From NCBI GenBank assembly GCA_037445995.1, contig JBBIJK010000004.1, positions 30,451 to 94,450 on the forward strand: DNA of 64,000 nt, given 5' to 3'. Positions 34,561 through 44,220 of this stretch are shown in pieces (position 1 is the first letter of the stretch; each line of letters starts with the position of its first letter). Source of the DNA: Actinomycetota bacterium (lineage in GTDB: Bacteria > Actinomycetota > Coriobacteriia > Anaerosomatales > D1FN1-002). Made by a program: the position numbers and the translations under genes. The notes beneath the pieces were generated by a model, which saw nothing but the letters and a program-made list of their open reading frames with translations, was not told where the DNA came from and did no database searches.

Positions 34561-34714
34561 CGGAGGGGGCGCGAAGCCGCAGCCACGGGGCCCTCTAAGC
34601 GACAGCGTACCGGTCCTGCCCTAGCCGTCAGCGGCACCGGTAGAGGCGTGGCGAGAGGACATCTGCGCAATGTGGCCCAGGAGGCAGACCCTCTCAGTCC
34701 GAGCTTACCAAGAC

Positions 34715-35314
34715 TCAGATCTCGCGCCGGGCCTCGAGAGCGCGCCCCAGAGTGACCTCATCCGCGTACTCGAGATCCCCCCCGACCGGGAGCCCGCTGG
34801 CGATCCGGGTCACCCTCATACCCAGTGGTTTGAGCAGGCGCGCCAGGTACAGCGCAGTGGTCTCTCCCTCGACGTTCGGGTTCGTCGCTACGACGACCTC
34901 TATCAGCGCTCCCTCCGAGACCCTGTCCAGGAGCTCGCGGATGCGCAGCTGCTCGGGACCCACCCCGTCGATCGGGGAGATCGCTCCCTGCAGGACGTGG
35001 TAGAGCCCTGAGTACTCGCCGGTCCTCTCGATGGCGACGACGTCGCGCGGCTCCTCGACCACGCAGACCTGCGTTAGGTCACGGGCCGGGTCCGCGCACA
35101 CGGCGCAAAGCTCACCCTCGGACAGGTTGAAGCATCGCGAGCAGAACCGGATGGTCCGCTTGACCTCCAGCACGGCCTCTGAGAGCCGTCGCGCCGAGTC
35201 CTCGTCGGCTCGCAGGATGTGGTAGGCGATCCGCTGCGCCGACTTGGGGCCCACGCCCGGGAGCCGCTCCAGCTCGGCCAGCAGACGCGCTATGGAGGGA
35301 GCCCACAGACCCAT
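34715..35314 (-). CDS. recR: Recombination protein RecR
   Basis: HhH N-terminus ([13 protein letters not shown]), C4 Zn finger ([16 protein letters not shown]), Toprim domain. Confidence 0.95.
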   Translation of the reverse strand: MGLWAPSIARLLAELERLPGVGPKSAQRIAYHILRADEDSARRLSEAVLEVKRTIRFCSRCFNLSEGELCAVCADPARDLTQVCVVEEPRDVVAIERTGEYSGLYHVLQGAISPIDGVGPEQLRIRELLDRVSEGALIEVVVATNPNVEGETTALYLARLLKPLGMRVTRIASGLPVGGDLEYADEVTLGRALEARREI

Positions 35315-35317
35315 GGG

Positions 35318-35641
35318 TCACATCAGGCCCGGGAGGCCCATGCCACCCATCCCGCCGGTGACCGACGCCATCTTCTCGGCGGCGAGCTCCTGGGCGGCGC
35401 GCATTCCCTCGTTCACAGCGGCGACCAACAGGTCCTGCAGCATTTCGACATCGTCTGGGTCCACCACCGCGGGGTCGAGAGCGACCGACAGAAGGCGCAT
35501 GTCCCCTGACACCGCGACCTTGACAGCTCCGCCGCCGGCCGAGGCCTCTACGCGCTCGTCCTTGAGCTCCTCCTGGACGCGCGCCATCTGCGCCTGCATC
35601 CTCTGGACCTGCTTCATCATCTTCCCGAGATCGGGGCTCAT
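35318..35641 (-). CDS. ybaB: Nucleoid-associated protein YbaB/EbfC
   Basis: 107 aa, MMKQVQRMQAQMARVQEEL..., located between dnaX and recR. Confidence 0.9.
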   Translation of the reverse strand: MSPDLGKMMKQVQRMQAQMARVQEELKDERVEASAGGGAVKVAVSGDMRLLSVALDPAVVDPDDVEMLQDLLVAAVNEGMRAAQELAAEKMASVTGGMGGMGLPGLM

Positions 35642-37368
35642 GCGCTCTCCTCTCCTGCCGCGACATGGGTCGCCGGCCCCGCCGGCGTCTCCGATATGAC
35701 CTCAGCTCCGAGCTCGTCGATCACCGAACCCCGCGACCCGTCGGCGTCCGCATGCCAGTTCGCGCTCTCCGTGGGCGCCGCGACCCCCCGCCCCACCTGG
35801 AAGCGGAAGGGTGGCACCGCGCCCACGACGACGGTGAGGGCCTGGCGCAGCAGCTCCAGAGTCGCGGGCTGCTCGGCGATGTCGCGGCTCGCCTCCTGCT
35901 CGGCCGGGAACTCGATGCGAAGGGTCCCGTCCTCGTCCAGGTCCACCTCGACCCCGGCGAAGAGACTGGCTCTCGACTGCCGCACCTTCTTGATCTCGGC
36001 GACGACGGCCGGCCACAGCCGCTTGACCCGCGAGCGATCTAGCGCTGTCGTCTGGGAGGGCGCCGAGGCGGAAACAGCGTCAGGGGGGGCCTCCGCCACG
36101 ACGGGCTCGCCGGGCGCGGCGGGCTCGGGAACCTCGGGGCGCGCCGCAGGGGGCGCCTTGTCCGGCCGGGATGGCGAGGTGCTCTCCGGGGGCGGAGAGA
36201 CGAGCGGCTCAGGGAAGGCCAGGGCGCCGCGCTCCAAGGCGTCGAGCCGCTCGGCGAGCGAAGCGAGCGTGACCTCGCCCGCGGGACGGGCGAGCCGGGT
36301 CAGCGCGACCTCCAGCGCCAGCCTGGGGTCGGAGCTCCAACGGAGTCCGGCGCTGACCTCGCCAAGGACGTCGAGCGCTCTTGCCAACCTGTCAGCCCCG
36401 TATTCACGCGCCTGCGATGCGAGGCGGACCGCCTCGTCGCCCGTGGCGTCCACGACCCCGGCAGGCTCACCGATGAGCGCCGCCACGTACAGGTCGCGGT
36501 AGTGGCCGAGCAGCTCGCGGACGAACTCGGAGAAATCCACACCGGTCTCCGCGAGCTGCGCGACGAACCGGAAGGAGCCGCCCACGTCGCGCCTGGCGAT
36601 CAGGCCCGAGAGGTCGAACAGCAGCTGGCGGTCGACCTCGCCCAGCAGCCCCGCGACGTCCTCGATGTCGACCTTGGGCCCGGTGAAGGACACGACCTGC
36701 TCGAAGGTGGTGAGCGCGTCCCGCATGCCGCCGCCGGCGTGTCGCGCCACGAGGACCAGTGCCGAGTCGTCGACCGAGACGGACTCCGCCTTGGCGATGA
36801 CGGACAGCTTGGCGACGATGTCGTCGACCCCTATGCGATGGAAGTCGAAGCGCTGACAGCGCGAGTGGATCGTCTCGGGGATCTTGTTGGGGTGTGTCGT
36901 GCAAAGGACGAAGACCGTGTGAGCTGGGGGCTCCTCGAGCGTCTTGAGCAGAGCGTTGAACGAGTGCGTGGAGAGCATGTGCACCTCGTCGATGATGTAG
37001 ACCTTCCAGGTGCCGCGGGTCGGCGCGTACGCGAGCCGCCCGATGATCTCCTCGCGGACGTTCTCGACTTGTGTCCGGGAGGCGGCGTCCAGCTCGTGCA
37101 CGTCGGGATGGCGCCCCTCGGCGATGTCCCGGCACTGCTCGCAGGTGTCGTCGGGCTCGGGCGTGGGGCCCTGCGCGCAGTTGAGCGCCTTGGCGAGTAT
37201 CCGGGCGGTGGTCGTCTTCCCGGTGCCGCGGGGGCCCGTGAACAGGTACGCGTGCGCCACCCGGCCCTCCCTGACGGCGTTTCGCAGGGTGCGGGTGATG
37301 TGCTGCTGGCCCACGACGTCGTCGAACGTCTGGGGACGGTACTTCCGGTAAAGCGAGAGATGGCTCAA
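35638..37368 (-). CDS. dnaX: DNA polymerase III subunit gamma/tau
   Basis: YRPQTFDDVVGQ, Walker A GPRGTGKTT, Zn module CxxC (CAQGPTPEPDDTCEQC), SRC motif (IHSRCQRF). TTG start after GTGGAGG. Confidence 0.93.
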   Translation of the reverse strand: MSHLSLYRKYRPQTFDDVVGQQHITRTLRNAVREGRVAHAYLFTGPRGTGKTTTARILAKALNCAQGPTPEPDDTCEQCRDIAEGRHPDVHELDAASRTQVENVREEIIGRLAYAPTRGTWKVYIIDEVHMLSTHSFNALLKTLEEPPAHTVFVLCTTHPNKIPETIHSRCQRFDFHRIGVDDIVAKLSVIAKAESVSVDDSALVLVARHAGGGMRDALTTFEQVVSFTGPKVDIEDVAGLLGEVDRQLLFDLSGLIARRDVGGSFRFVAQLAETGVDFSEFVRELLGHYRDLYVAALIGEPAGVVDATGDEAVRLASQAREYGADRLARALDVLGEVSAGLRWSSDPRLALEVALTRLARPAGEVTLASLAERLDALERGALAFPEPLVSPPPESTSPSRPDKAPPAARPEVPEPAAPGEPVVAEAPPDAVSASAPSQTTALDRSRVKRLWPAVVAEIKKVRQSRASLFAGVEVDLDEDGTLRIEFPAEQEASRDIAEQPATLELLRQALTVVVGAVPPFRFQVGRGVAAPTESANWHADADGSRGSVIDELGAEVISETPAGPATHVAAGEESA

Positions 37369-37392
37369 GGGGCCTCCACGGGGGACTCGCCG

Positions 37393-37402
37393 AGAAGTAT
37401 AC
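37393..37402 (-). promoter_or_regulatory. -10-like element (GTATACTTCT) upstream of dnaX
   Basis: TATACT hexamer about 28 nt upstream of the dnaX start. The same 10-mer recurs at 37566-37575. Confidence 0.35.
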
Positions 37403-37430
37403 AGGCCCTACCCACATCGGGCCGGGCCAC

Positions 37431-37560
37431 CGCTCGCGGTCGGCAGGCGCCCCCGGACGAGCCCCGAGCACCCGGCAGAGGACGCTTATGGCTGCTTCCT
37501 CCCGGATCTGACCAGGTTCACGACTTACCGCCGCCCGGGGCCCGACCGGGAGCGCCTCGC
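37431..37560 (-). ncRNA. ffs: Signal recognition particle RNA (4.5S/SRP RNA); boundaries approximate
   Basis: Minus strand contains CCUGGUCAGAUCCGGGAGGAAGCAGCC (cf. E. coli 4.5S ACCAGGUCAGGUCCGGAAGGAAGCAGCC) with a GNRA tetraloop GGGA. Closing helices are GCCCCGGGC/GCUCGGGGC and CGCUCCCGGUCGG/CCGACCGCGAGCG. It occupies the classic position upstream of dnaX. Confidence 0.8.
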
Positions 37561-37565
37561 ATCGC

Positions 37566-37575
37566 AGAAGTATAC
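37566..37575 (-). promoter_or_regulatory. -10-like element (GTATACTTCT) upstream of ffs
   Basis: TATACT lies about 8-14 nt upstream of the predicted SRP RNA 5' helix. Confidence 0.35.
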
Positions 37576-37716
37576 CCTCGCGAAGGACGCGATTCGGGGA
37601 TAATCAAGCCATGACACGCTGCGGAGACCACGTGATCGCGCTCACCGCCGCAGCCGCCGTGTCGATTCGCGCCGGCACCTCCGAGAGGTGGCCGGACGGC
37701 AAGGGGGGTGCGCTCC

Positions 37717-38865
37717 ATGGATCTCCTCACCGTCGAAGCGCTGCGCGAACTGGTGCGAGGCTGCGGGGGCGAACACGTGTCCCTGTTCATGCCCACTCAC
37801 GGCGCAGCGCCGGACAACCGCAAGGACCCGCTGCAGTTCCGCGCGCTCCTGCGCCAGGCGGAGGGCGCCCTGATCGCCCGGGGGAAACGTCTGGCTGAAG
37901 CGGGCAGGCTGCTGTCTCCGGCGCACGAGCTTGCCGAGGACGGCATAATCTGGCGCCCGCACCCAGGCGGGCTTGCCGCGTTCGTCTGCGATGACGGCAT
38001 GCGGGTGTACAGGTCCCCGGTCCGCCTCGAACCCGCAGTCAGGGTGGGCGACCGGTTCTCCATCCGTCCGGCGCTGGCCGCGGCGGATCGCGGCGAACGC
38101 TTCTTCGTGCTCGCGCTCTCACAGAACTCGGTGAGGCTGTTCAGGGGCACGCGCGACGGGCTCACCGAGCTCGACCTTGGTGATCTGCCGCAAGACATCC
38201 TCGACGCCTTGCGGATCGATGGCTTCGAGCAGCAGCTCCAGTCCCACAGCAGCTCGAGCGGACCGGCCCCCGGGAAAGGCCGCGGGGCGGTGGTCTTCCA
38301 CGGGTCCGGGGCGGACACCGGGGTGACGACCCGCTACCTGACCGAGTTCGTCAAGCGCATCGCGGCTGGCCTGTTCGACCTCGTGCACGACCGCGAGGCG
38401 CCCTTCGTGGTCGCGGCGGTGGCGGAGCTCGCGGCGATGTACCGCGAGGCCGACCGCACGCACAACGTGACCGAGGCCTTTGTCGCGGGCAACCCGGAGG
38501 CCACCTCGCAGACGGACCTGCACGCGGCCGCGTGGAACGCGGCCCGCCGAGCGTTCGAAGCGGAGCTGGCCGCGATCGAGGAGCGCTTCGGCGAGTCGCT
38601 GGGGACCTCGCACGCCTCGTCAGACCCGGCGGAGATAGTCGCGGCGGCCGCATTCGGCCGCGTGGAGACACTGCTCGTGTCGTCTGGCGCGACTCTCCGG
38701 GGCCGGTTCGATGAGGACTCCGGCCGCGTCGAGATCCTGGACGATCCGGAGCAGGGCGGCGAGGACCTCGTGGAGTTGGCGATCGCGCACACCATCGCGC
38801 GCTCCGGTGACGTCCATCTCAGCGAGCGCGGGCCGCATGGCCTGGGCGCCCTGCTGCGCTACTAG
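37717..38865 (+). CDS. Hypothetical protein, possibly eRF1/Pelota-like (baeRF-type) fold
   Basis: 382 aa. The N-terminus ...HVSLFMPTHGAAPDNRKDPLQFRALLRQAEG... and central ...GRGAVVFHGSGAD... resemble bacterial eRF1-like families as I recall them. The assignment is from memory only. ATG 37717 follows AAGGGGGG. Confidence 0.45.
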   Translation: MDLLTVEALRELVRGCGGEHVSLFMPTHGAAPDNRKDPLQFRALLRQAEGALIARGKRLAEAGRLLSPAHELAEDGIIWRPHPGGLAAFVCDDGMRVYRSPVRLEPAVRVGDRFSIRPALAAADRGERFFVLALSQNSVRLFRGTRDGLTELDLGDLPQDILDALRIDGFEQQLQSHSSSSGPAPGKGRGAVVFHGSGADTGVTTRYLTEFVKRIAAGLFDLVHDREAPFVVAAVAELAAMYREADRTHNVTEAFVAGNPEATSQTDLHAAAWNAARRAFEAELAAIEERFGESLGTSHASSDPAEIVAAAAFGRVETLLVSSGATLRGRFDEDSGRVEILDDPEQGGEDLVELAIAHTIARSGDVHLSERGPHGLGALLRY

Positions 38866-38873
38866 GAGGCGAC

Positions 38874-39353
38874 ATGCGGCTCTACCTGATCAGGCACGCA
38901 GTCGCGGAGCCCCGCGAGACCTGGACGTCCGACGACTCGTCCCGGCCCCTGACCCGCAAGGGGGTCCGCTCGGCGCAGCGCGTCGCGTCGGCGCTGGGAC
39001 GCATGGGGCTGGACCCGGGGGTCGTGATAACGAGCCCGTACGTCCGGTGCGCTCAGACCGCGGACATCCTGGCCGAAGCGCTCGGATCACCGGGGCTGGT
39101 CGATCACGACGATCGGCTCGAGCCGGGATTCGGCCCGAGAGCGCTCGCCGACGTACTGTCCGGACGCCAAGGCCAGGACGAGGTCGTCCTGGTCGGGCAC
39201 GAGCCGGACATGAGTGACGTCGTGGCGGCCCTGACCGGAGGATCGCGCGTGGACTTCAAGAAGGGGGCCGTCGCGAGGATCGACCTCTACGCGCTCGATC
39301 CGCCCGCCGGCCTGCTGGCCTGGCTCGCTCCCCCGTCAGTGCTGGCGCCCTGA
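38874..39353 (+). CDS. sixA: SixA-type phosphohistidine phosphatase (histidine phosphatase superfamily)
   Basis: MRLYLIRHAVAE (RHx motif), ...LVGHEPDMS..., 159 aa. Confidence 0.78.
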   Translation: MRLYLIRHAVAEPRETWTSDDSSRPLTRKGVRSAQRVASALGRMGLDPGVVITSPYVRCAQTADILAEALGSPGLVDHDDRLEPGFGPRALADVLSGRQGQDEVVLVGHEPDMSDVVAALTGGSRVDFKKGAVARIDLYALDPPAGLLAWLAPPSVLAP

Positions 39354-39363
39354 GCCGGTTTCC

Positions 39364-41472
39364 CTAGCGGCTGCGCCTGCGGACAGGCTTGCGGGCCAGG
39401 AGCCGCTCCTGCGCGTCCACGCCCCGGCCCGTCGCCCGGCGCTCGTACCTGCCATCAGGAAGAAGCGCAAGGGCGCGCTGATCGTCGAGCATGTAGGTGT
39501 GGAGCACCTCGTCGCGAAGGCGACGGACAACCTCCGGGTCGAGCACCGGAGCCAGCACCTCGACGCGCCTGTCGAGGTTGCGCGTCATAAGGTCCGCCGA
39601 GCCGATCAGGCACGCGGGGTCCCCCGCGTTCTCGAAGTACAGGACCCGGGTGTGCTCGAGAAAGCGGCTGACGATGCTGGTGACGCGTATGTTCTCGCTC
39701 ATCCCTGGCACCCCGGGCCTGAGCGTGCACACCCCGCGGACCAGCAAGTCGATCTCCACTCCGGCCGAGGAAGCCTCGTACAGCAGCTCGATCACCTTGG
39801 AGTCGACGACCGCGTTCAGCTTGAGGATCATCTGACCGCCGCGTCCCGCCCGGGCGTGTTCCATCTCCCGGCGGACGAGCGTCTCGAACCCGGGCCTGAT
39901 GCCGTGGGGAGCGACCAGGAAGCGCCTGAACGACGACTCCTCGGCGTACCCCGTGAGGTAGTTGAAGAGCCGGGAAGCGTCGGCGCCCATGTCGTCGCGG
40001 CACGTCAACAGGTCGAAGTCGGTGTACTGCGTCGCCGTCACGACGTTGTAGTTGCCGGTGCCCACATGCAGGTACCGGCGGATGCCGCGACCTTCCCGGC
40101 GTACCACCAGCAGCAGCTTGCTGTGGGTCTTCAGCCCCAGGAGGCCGTATACCACGTGCACGCCCTCGCGCTCGAGCGCTCTGGCCCACTCGATGTTCGA
40201 CTCCTCGTCGAAGCGCGCCTTGAGCTCGACGAGGGCCGTGACCTCCTTGCCTGCCGACGCGGCGGCCATGAGCGCCTCGACGACCGGGGAGTTCCGACCG
40301 ACCCTGTACAGCGTGCACTTGATGGCCAGCACGTCGGGGTCGTGGGCGGCCTGCCAGAGCATCCTGACGACAGGCTCGAACGACTCATACGGACGGTGGA
40401 TCATCATGTCGCGCTCGCGGACGAGGGCGAACATGTCGACCGAGCGGATGTCGTCGGTGCCGTCGGGCAGAGCCGGGACGAACGGCGCGGACTTCAGGTC
40501 GGGCCGGTCGATCGCCATCAGTTCGAACAGGTCGCTCGCCCGGAGGGGCGGTTCGAGAATGACCACGTCCTCTGGATCGACCTGCAGGTTGTGCATGAGG
40601 ATGTCCCTGAGGTACGCAGGCATGTCCGGCTCGAGCTGCACGCGCACGACCGACCCGAAGCGTCGGCGGCGCACCCCTTCCTCGATGGTCTCGAGAAGGT
40701 CGTCGGCCTCCATCTCCTGGATGGTGAACTCGGCGTCACGGGTGACCGCGAAGCAGTGGGCCTCGACCACCTCATGACCGGGGAACAGGGTCCCTAGGTG
40801 AGCGCGGACGATGTCCTCGAGCCATACGAAGTGGTGACCACGGCCGTCGCTCGAGACGCCGCCCGACGGCGCGCACACCTCGACGAGGCGCGGCAGGGAC
40901 TGTGGGATCTTCACGCGCGCGAAGCGGTCCTCGCCGCCGGGTGTCCTGACCAGGACGGCGAGGTTCAGCGAGAGGTTGGAGATATGCGGAAACGGCCTCC
41001 CGGGATCGAAGGCCAGCGGGGTCAGCACAGGAAACGCGGTCCTCTCGAAGTACCCGCCCGCCATCGACCGCTGCGCCTCGTCCAGATCGGAATGGCGGTG
41101 CAGGTGCACTCCCGCGGCGGCGAGCTCGGCGCGCAGCGACCGAAATACCTCACGCGCCTGGCACTGCAGTTCGCGTGCCCCCTCCAGGGACGTCGTCAGC
41201 TGCTCGGAGGGCGTGAGTCCGTCCGGGGACAGGTCGTCCACGCCCGCGCGGACCTGCTGCTTCAGGCCCGCGATACGGACCATGTAGAACTCCGAGAGGT
41301 TCGATGACAGGATGGCGAGGAACTTGATCCGCTCCAGCAGCGGCGTTCGCTCGTCGGTCGCCTGAGCCAAGACGCGCTCCTGGAACCGCAGCAGCGACAA
41401 CTCGCGGTTGAAGTAGCGCGGGCCTCCGTCGGGCCCGCATGCGGATTGGCCCGGAGCCTCCCTGCCGCCCAT
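39364..41472 (-). CDS. ppk: Polyphosphate kinase 1
   Basis: RYFNRELSLLRFQERVL N-terminus and two PLD-like HKD-type C-domains (..KTHSKLLLVVRRE..). ATG 41472 follows GGGAGAGGTGA; the ORF-track upstream extension is discarded. Confidence 0.92.
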   Translation of the reverse strand: MGGREAPGQSACGPDGGPRYFNRELSLLRFQERVLAQATDERTPLLERIKFLAILSSNLSEFYMVRIAGLKQQVRAGVDDLSPDGLTPSEQLTTSLEGARELQCQAREVFRSLRAELAAAGVHLHRHSDLDEAQRSMAGGYFERTAFPVLTPLAFDPGRPFPHISNLSLNLAVLVRTPGGEDRFARVKIPQSLPRLVEVCAPSGGVSSDGRGHHFVWLEDIVRAHLGTLFPGHEVVEAHCFAVTRDAEFTIQEMEADDLLETIEEGVRRRRFGSVVRVQLEPDMPAYLRDILMHNLQVDPEDVVILEPPLRASDLFELMAIDRPDLKSAPFVPALPDGTDDIRSVDMFALVRERDMMIHRPYESFEPVVRMLWQAAHDPDVLAIKCTLYRVGRNSPVVEALMAAASAGKEVTALVELKARFDEESNIEWARALEREGVHVVYGLLGLKTHSKLLLVVRREGRGIRRYLHVGTGNYNVVTATQYTDFDLLTCRDDMGADASRLFNYLTGYAEESSFRRFLVAPHGIRPGFETLVRREMEHARAGRGGQMILKLNAVVDSKVIELLYEASSAGVEIDLLVRGVCTLRPGVPGMSENIRVTSIVSRFLEHTRVLYFENAGDPACLIGSADLMTRNLDRRVEVLAPVLDPEVVRRLRDEVLHTYMLDDQRALALLPDGRYERRATGRGVDAQERLLARKPVRRRSR

Positions 41473-41648
41473 GTCACCTCTCCCTCGGGACTCACGACGT
41501 CCGGCCTCACATCGGAAGCAGATGGTACCGCTTCTCGCCGCTCCGCGTGCGCGAGGGCGGGCACGACCCGGCTGCCAACGAACCCCGCCCGTCCGTTTGG
41601 AAAACACTGAACGTTGGGAACAATCACTCGGGTGACGGGAGGGTCGAC

Positions 41649-42122
41649 GTGGAGACCGTAGACGAGGCGGACCTGACCCGTGTCGCCGACGCCTTCGCGG
41701 CGAGGCTAGCCCAGAGCGGGCTTCCCCGCACCACGGGCCGACTCCTCGGGTGGCTGCTGGTGTGCGACCCGCCTTCGCAGTCCACCACCGACCTGGTGGA
41801 GGGCTTACGGATCAGCAAAGCCTCTATCACCACCGGCATGCAGTTCCTCGTCGGCACGGGGCTGGTCGAGCGCGTCCACCTCCGCGGCTCGCGGCAGGCC
41901 CACTACCGGGCCGACACGAAGAGGTGGGCCGACCTCATGGCGTCCAAGCTCGACGCGATCCGCGCGATGCGGACGTTGGCCGATGAGGGCCTGGCCGCGA
42001 TGGGGGCCGATTCGGCCAGGGGTACCCGCCTCCGGGATGTGCGTGACCTCTACGGCTACTTCGAGCAGGGCTACGCGGACCTCGTCCGCGGATGGACCGA
42101 GATGAAGGAGGAGCGACGATGA
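41649..42122 (+). CDS. GbsR/MarR-family transcriptional regulator
   Basis: ...SGLPRTTGRLLGWLLVCDPPSQSTTDLVEGLRISKASITTGMQFLVGTGLVERV winged-HTH pattern. GTG 41649 follows GGGAGGG. The stop overlaps the ABC ATPase start. Confidence 0.7.
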   Translation: METVDEADLTRVADAFAARLAQSGLPRTTGRLLGWLLVCDPPSQSTTDLVEGLRISKASITTGMQFLVGTGLVERVHLRGSRQAHYRADTKRWADLMASKLDAIRAMRTLADEGLAAMGADSARGTRLRDVRDLYGYFEQGYADLVRGWTEMKEERR

Positions 42123-42982
42123 CCGCACCGGCTATCCAGGCGGAGGGCATCCGGTTCAGCTACGGGAACATCGAGGCGGTCAGGGGTATCGACTTCGAGG
42201 TCGCGCCCGGCGAGGTGCTGGGGTTCCTCGGCCCCAACGGCGCCGGGAAGTCCACGACGATCAAGATGCTGACCGGGCAGCTGACGCCCGACGCGGGCAC
42301 TGCTCGCATCCTCGGTGTGGACGCGCGAGGGGACGTCCCTGAAGTCCAGGCCAGGATCGGCGTCTGCTTCGAGGAGAAGAACCTGTACCTCAACATGTCT
42401 GCCAAGGAGAACCTCGACTTCTTCGCGAGCCTGTTCGGGATCAAAGACCCCGACACCGAGGGCGCGCTCCGGCGAGTCGGGCTCCACGACCGGATGAGGG
42501 ACCGGGTTAGCACCTACTCGAAGGGGATGCGACAGCGGCTGATGGTCGCACGCTCCTTCATCAACTCCCCCGCCGTGCTCTTCCTCGACGAGCCGACCGA
42601 CGGGCTCGACCCCGTCTCATCCGCGGCCATACGCAGAACGATCAGGGAGGAGGCCCGACGCGGCGCGGCCGTTCTCCTCACCACGCACGACATGTTCGAG
42701 GCCGACGAGCTGTCTGACAGGGTGGCGTTCATCAACGACGGCGAGATAGTGGCTATGGACACCGCGGAGAACCTCAAGCTCAAGTACGGGAAGCGCGCCG
42801 TGAAGGTGCGCCTCCGTGAGGGCGCGGGGGTCCGCGAGGTCGTCCTGGAGCTGGACGGAGGAGGGTCATCGGCACGACTCGCCGAGCTGGCCTCCTCGCC
42901 GGACCTCCTGACGATCCACACCGAGGAGGCGACGCTGGAGGACATCTTCATTCAGCTCACCGGGAGGGGGCTCGAGGGATGA
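42119..42982 (+). CDS. ABC transporter ATP-binding protein (ABC-2 exporter type)
   Basis: Walker A GPNGAGKST, signature YSKGMRQRL, Walker B LFLDEPTDGLD. Confidence 0.9.
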   Translation: MTAPAIQAEGIRFSYGNIEAVRGIDFEVAPGEVLGFLGPNGAGKSTTIKMLTGQLTPDAGTARILGVDARGDVPEVQARIGVCFEEKNLYLNMSAKENLDFFASLFGIKDPDTEGALRRVGLHDRMRDRVSTYSKGMRQRLMVARSFINSPAVLFLDEPTDGLDPVSSAAIRRTIREEARRGAAVLLTTHDMFEADELSDRVAFINDGEIVAMDTAENLKLKYGKRAVKVRLREGAGVREVVLELDGGGSSARLAELASSPDLLTIHTEEATLEDIFIQLTGRGLEG

Positions 42983-44220
42983 GCGCCCCGGTCTCGCGCG
43001 CGGCCGTGGTCGCGGCGCTCCTTCGCAAGGAGCTCAAGGCCTACTCGCGCGACAAGCTATATGTCTTCCTGACGCTGCTGACGCTCATCGCCGTCGTCGT
43101 CATGTTCCGCTTCCTCCCCGACTCGGTGGACGAGACGCTGACCTTGGCCGTGTCGCCGCCGCTGGCCACGGTGATCGAAGACGCGAGGGGCGCACTAAGC
43201 GCCATGGGAGTCACCCCCGAGCAGCTGGCCGAGTTGGACGAGGCGGACCTCGCGACGGAAGAGGGCCTGGAGCTGGTCGAGTTCGAGGACCCGTCACAGA
43301 TGTCCGCGGTCATCGAGGGGCGGCTCGAGGCGTGGCGTGGTGCCGACGGAGAGCTGATGCTCAGGGACCTCGACTCCGGCGACCCCAAGCCCGACGGCGC
43401 GGACAGGGTCGACGTCTCCGTCGGCATCGCCTTCCCCGAGCGGTTCGTGGCCGACCTCACTGCCAGCCGGAAGGTCTCGGTCAAGATCTACTCCGACGCG
43501 GGGGTTCCTGGCGAGATCCGGGACGCGGTGAGGGGCATCGTGCGGGAGGTCGGCTACGGGCTTGCCGGGCGTGGACTCCCCGTGACCGTCCCGGACGAGG
43601 AGACCGTGATCCTGGGCGAGGACCGCTCGGGCGACCAGATGACCCTGCGTCAGAAGTTCAGGCCGATGATCATCTTCATGGTGCTGCTGATGGAGACCTT
43701 CTCTCTGGTATCGCTGGTTTCGATCGAGGTACTTCAGCGAACCGTCACCGCGGTGCTCGTGACGCCCGCGCGGATCTCGGACTTCCTGGCGGCCAAAGCC
43801 ATCTTCGGGACTCTCATGGCGTTCGGCCAGGGCCTGCTGGTGGCCCTGCTCGTAGGAGGCTTCAACGCCGACAACTGGTCGCTGATGCTCACCGTCCTGC
43901 TGCTGGGCGCGATGATGTTCACCGGCGCGGCGCTCATGATAGGTGCGGCGGGCAAGGACTTCCTCGGCCAGCTGTTCTACGCGATGGGGTTCACGGTGCC
44001 GATGATCGTCCCGACCTTCGCGGTGCTCTTCCCGGGCACGGCCGCTCCGTGGGTCAAAGCGATCCCCACCTACCCGATCATAGAGCTGATGGTCAGGACC
44101 ATGGACTACGGAGCGACCTGGGGAGACTCCTGGTCGTTGCTGTCCTACGCGGCGGCGTGGCTGGCGGTGTTGTTCGCGGGCGGCCTGCTCGTCCTCAGGC
44201 GAAAGGTGGCCACCCTATGA
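42979..44220 (+). CDS. ABC-2 type transporter permease
   Basis: 413 aa. An N-terminal TM, a large extracytoplasmic loop, then 5 C-terminal TM. Overlapping start/stop codons with both neighbours. Confidence 0.75.
   Translation: MSAPVSRAAVVAALLRKELKAYSRDKLYVFLTLLTLIAVVVMFRFLPDSVDETLTLAVSPPLATVIEDARGALSAMGVTPEQLAELDEADLATEEGLELVEFEDPSQMSAVIEGRLEAWRGADGELMLRDLDSGDPKPDGADRVDVSVGIAFPERFVADLTASRKVSVKIYSDAGVPGEIRDAVRGIVREVGYGLAGRGLPVTVPDEETVILGEDRSGDQMTLRQKFRPMIIFMVLLMETFSLVSLVSIEVLQRTVTAVLVTPARISDFLAAKAIFGTLMAFGQGLLVALLVGGFNADNWSLMLTVLLLGAMMFTGAALMIGAAGKDFLGQLFYAMGFTVPMIVPTFAVLFPGTAAPWVKAIPTYPIIELMVRTMDYGATWGDSWSLLSYAAAWLAVLFAGGLLVLRRKVATL

Noticed and set aside
35638-37368. Programmed -1 frameshift site in dnaX (A AAA AAG type)
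   Set aside because: I could not find an A-rich slippery heptamer on the coding strand of this GC-rich gene, so there is no evidence for gamma/tau frameshifting here.
41473-41648. Operator or riboswitch in the ppk1 / gbsR-like divergent intergenic region (AT-richer patch TTGGAAAACACTGAACGTTGGGAACAATCACT)
   Set aside because: It contains a plausible -35 (TTGGAA) and an AACGTT palindrome, but no convincing extended dyad or conserved RNA motif. It is most simply a promoter region.
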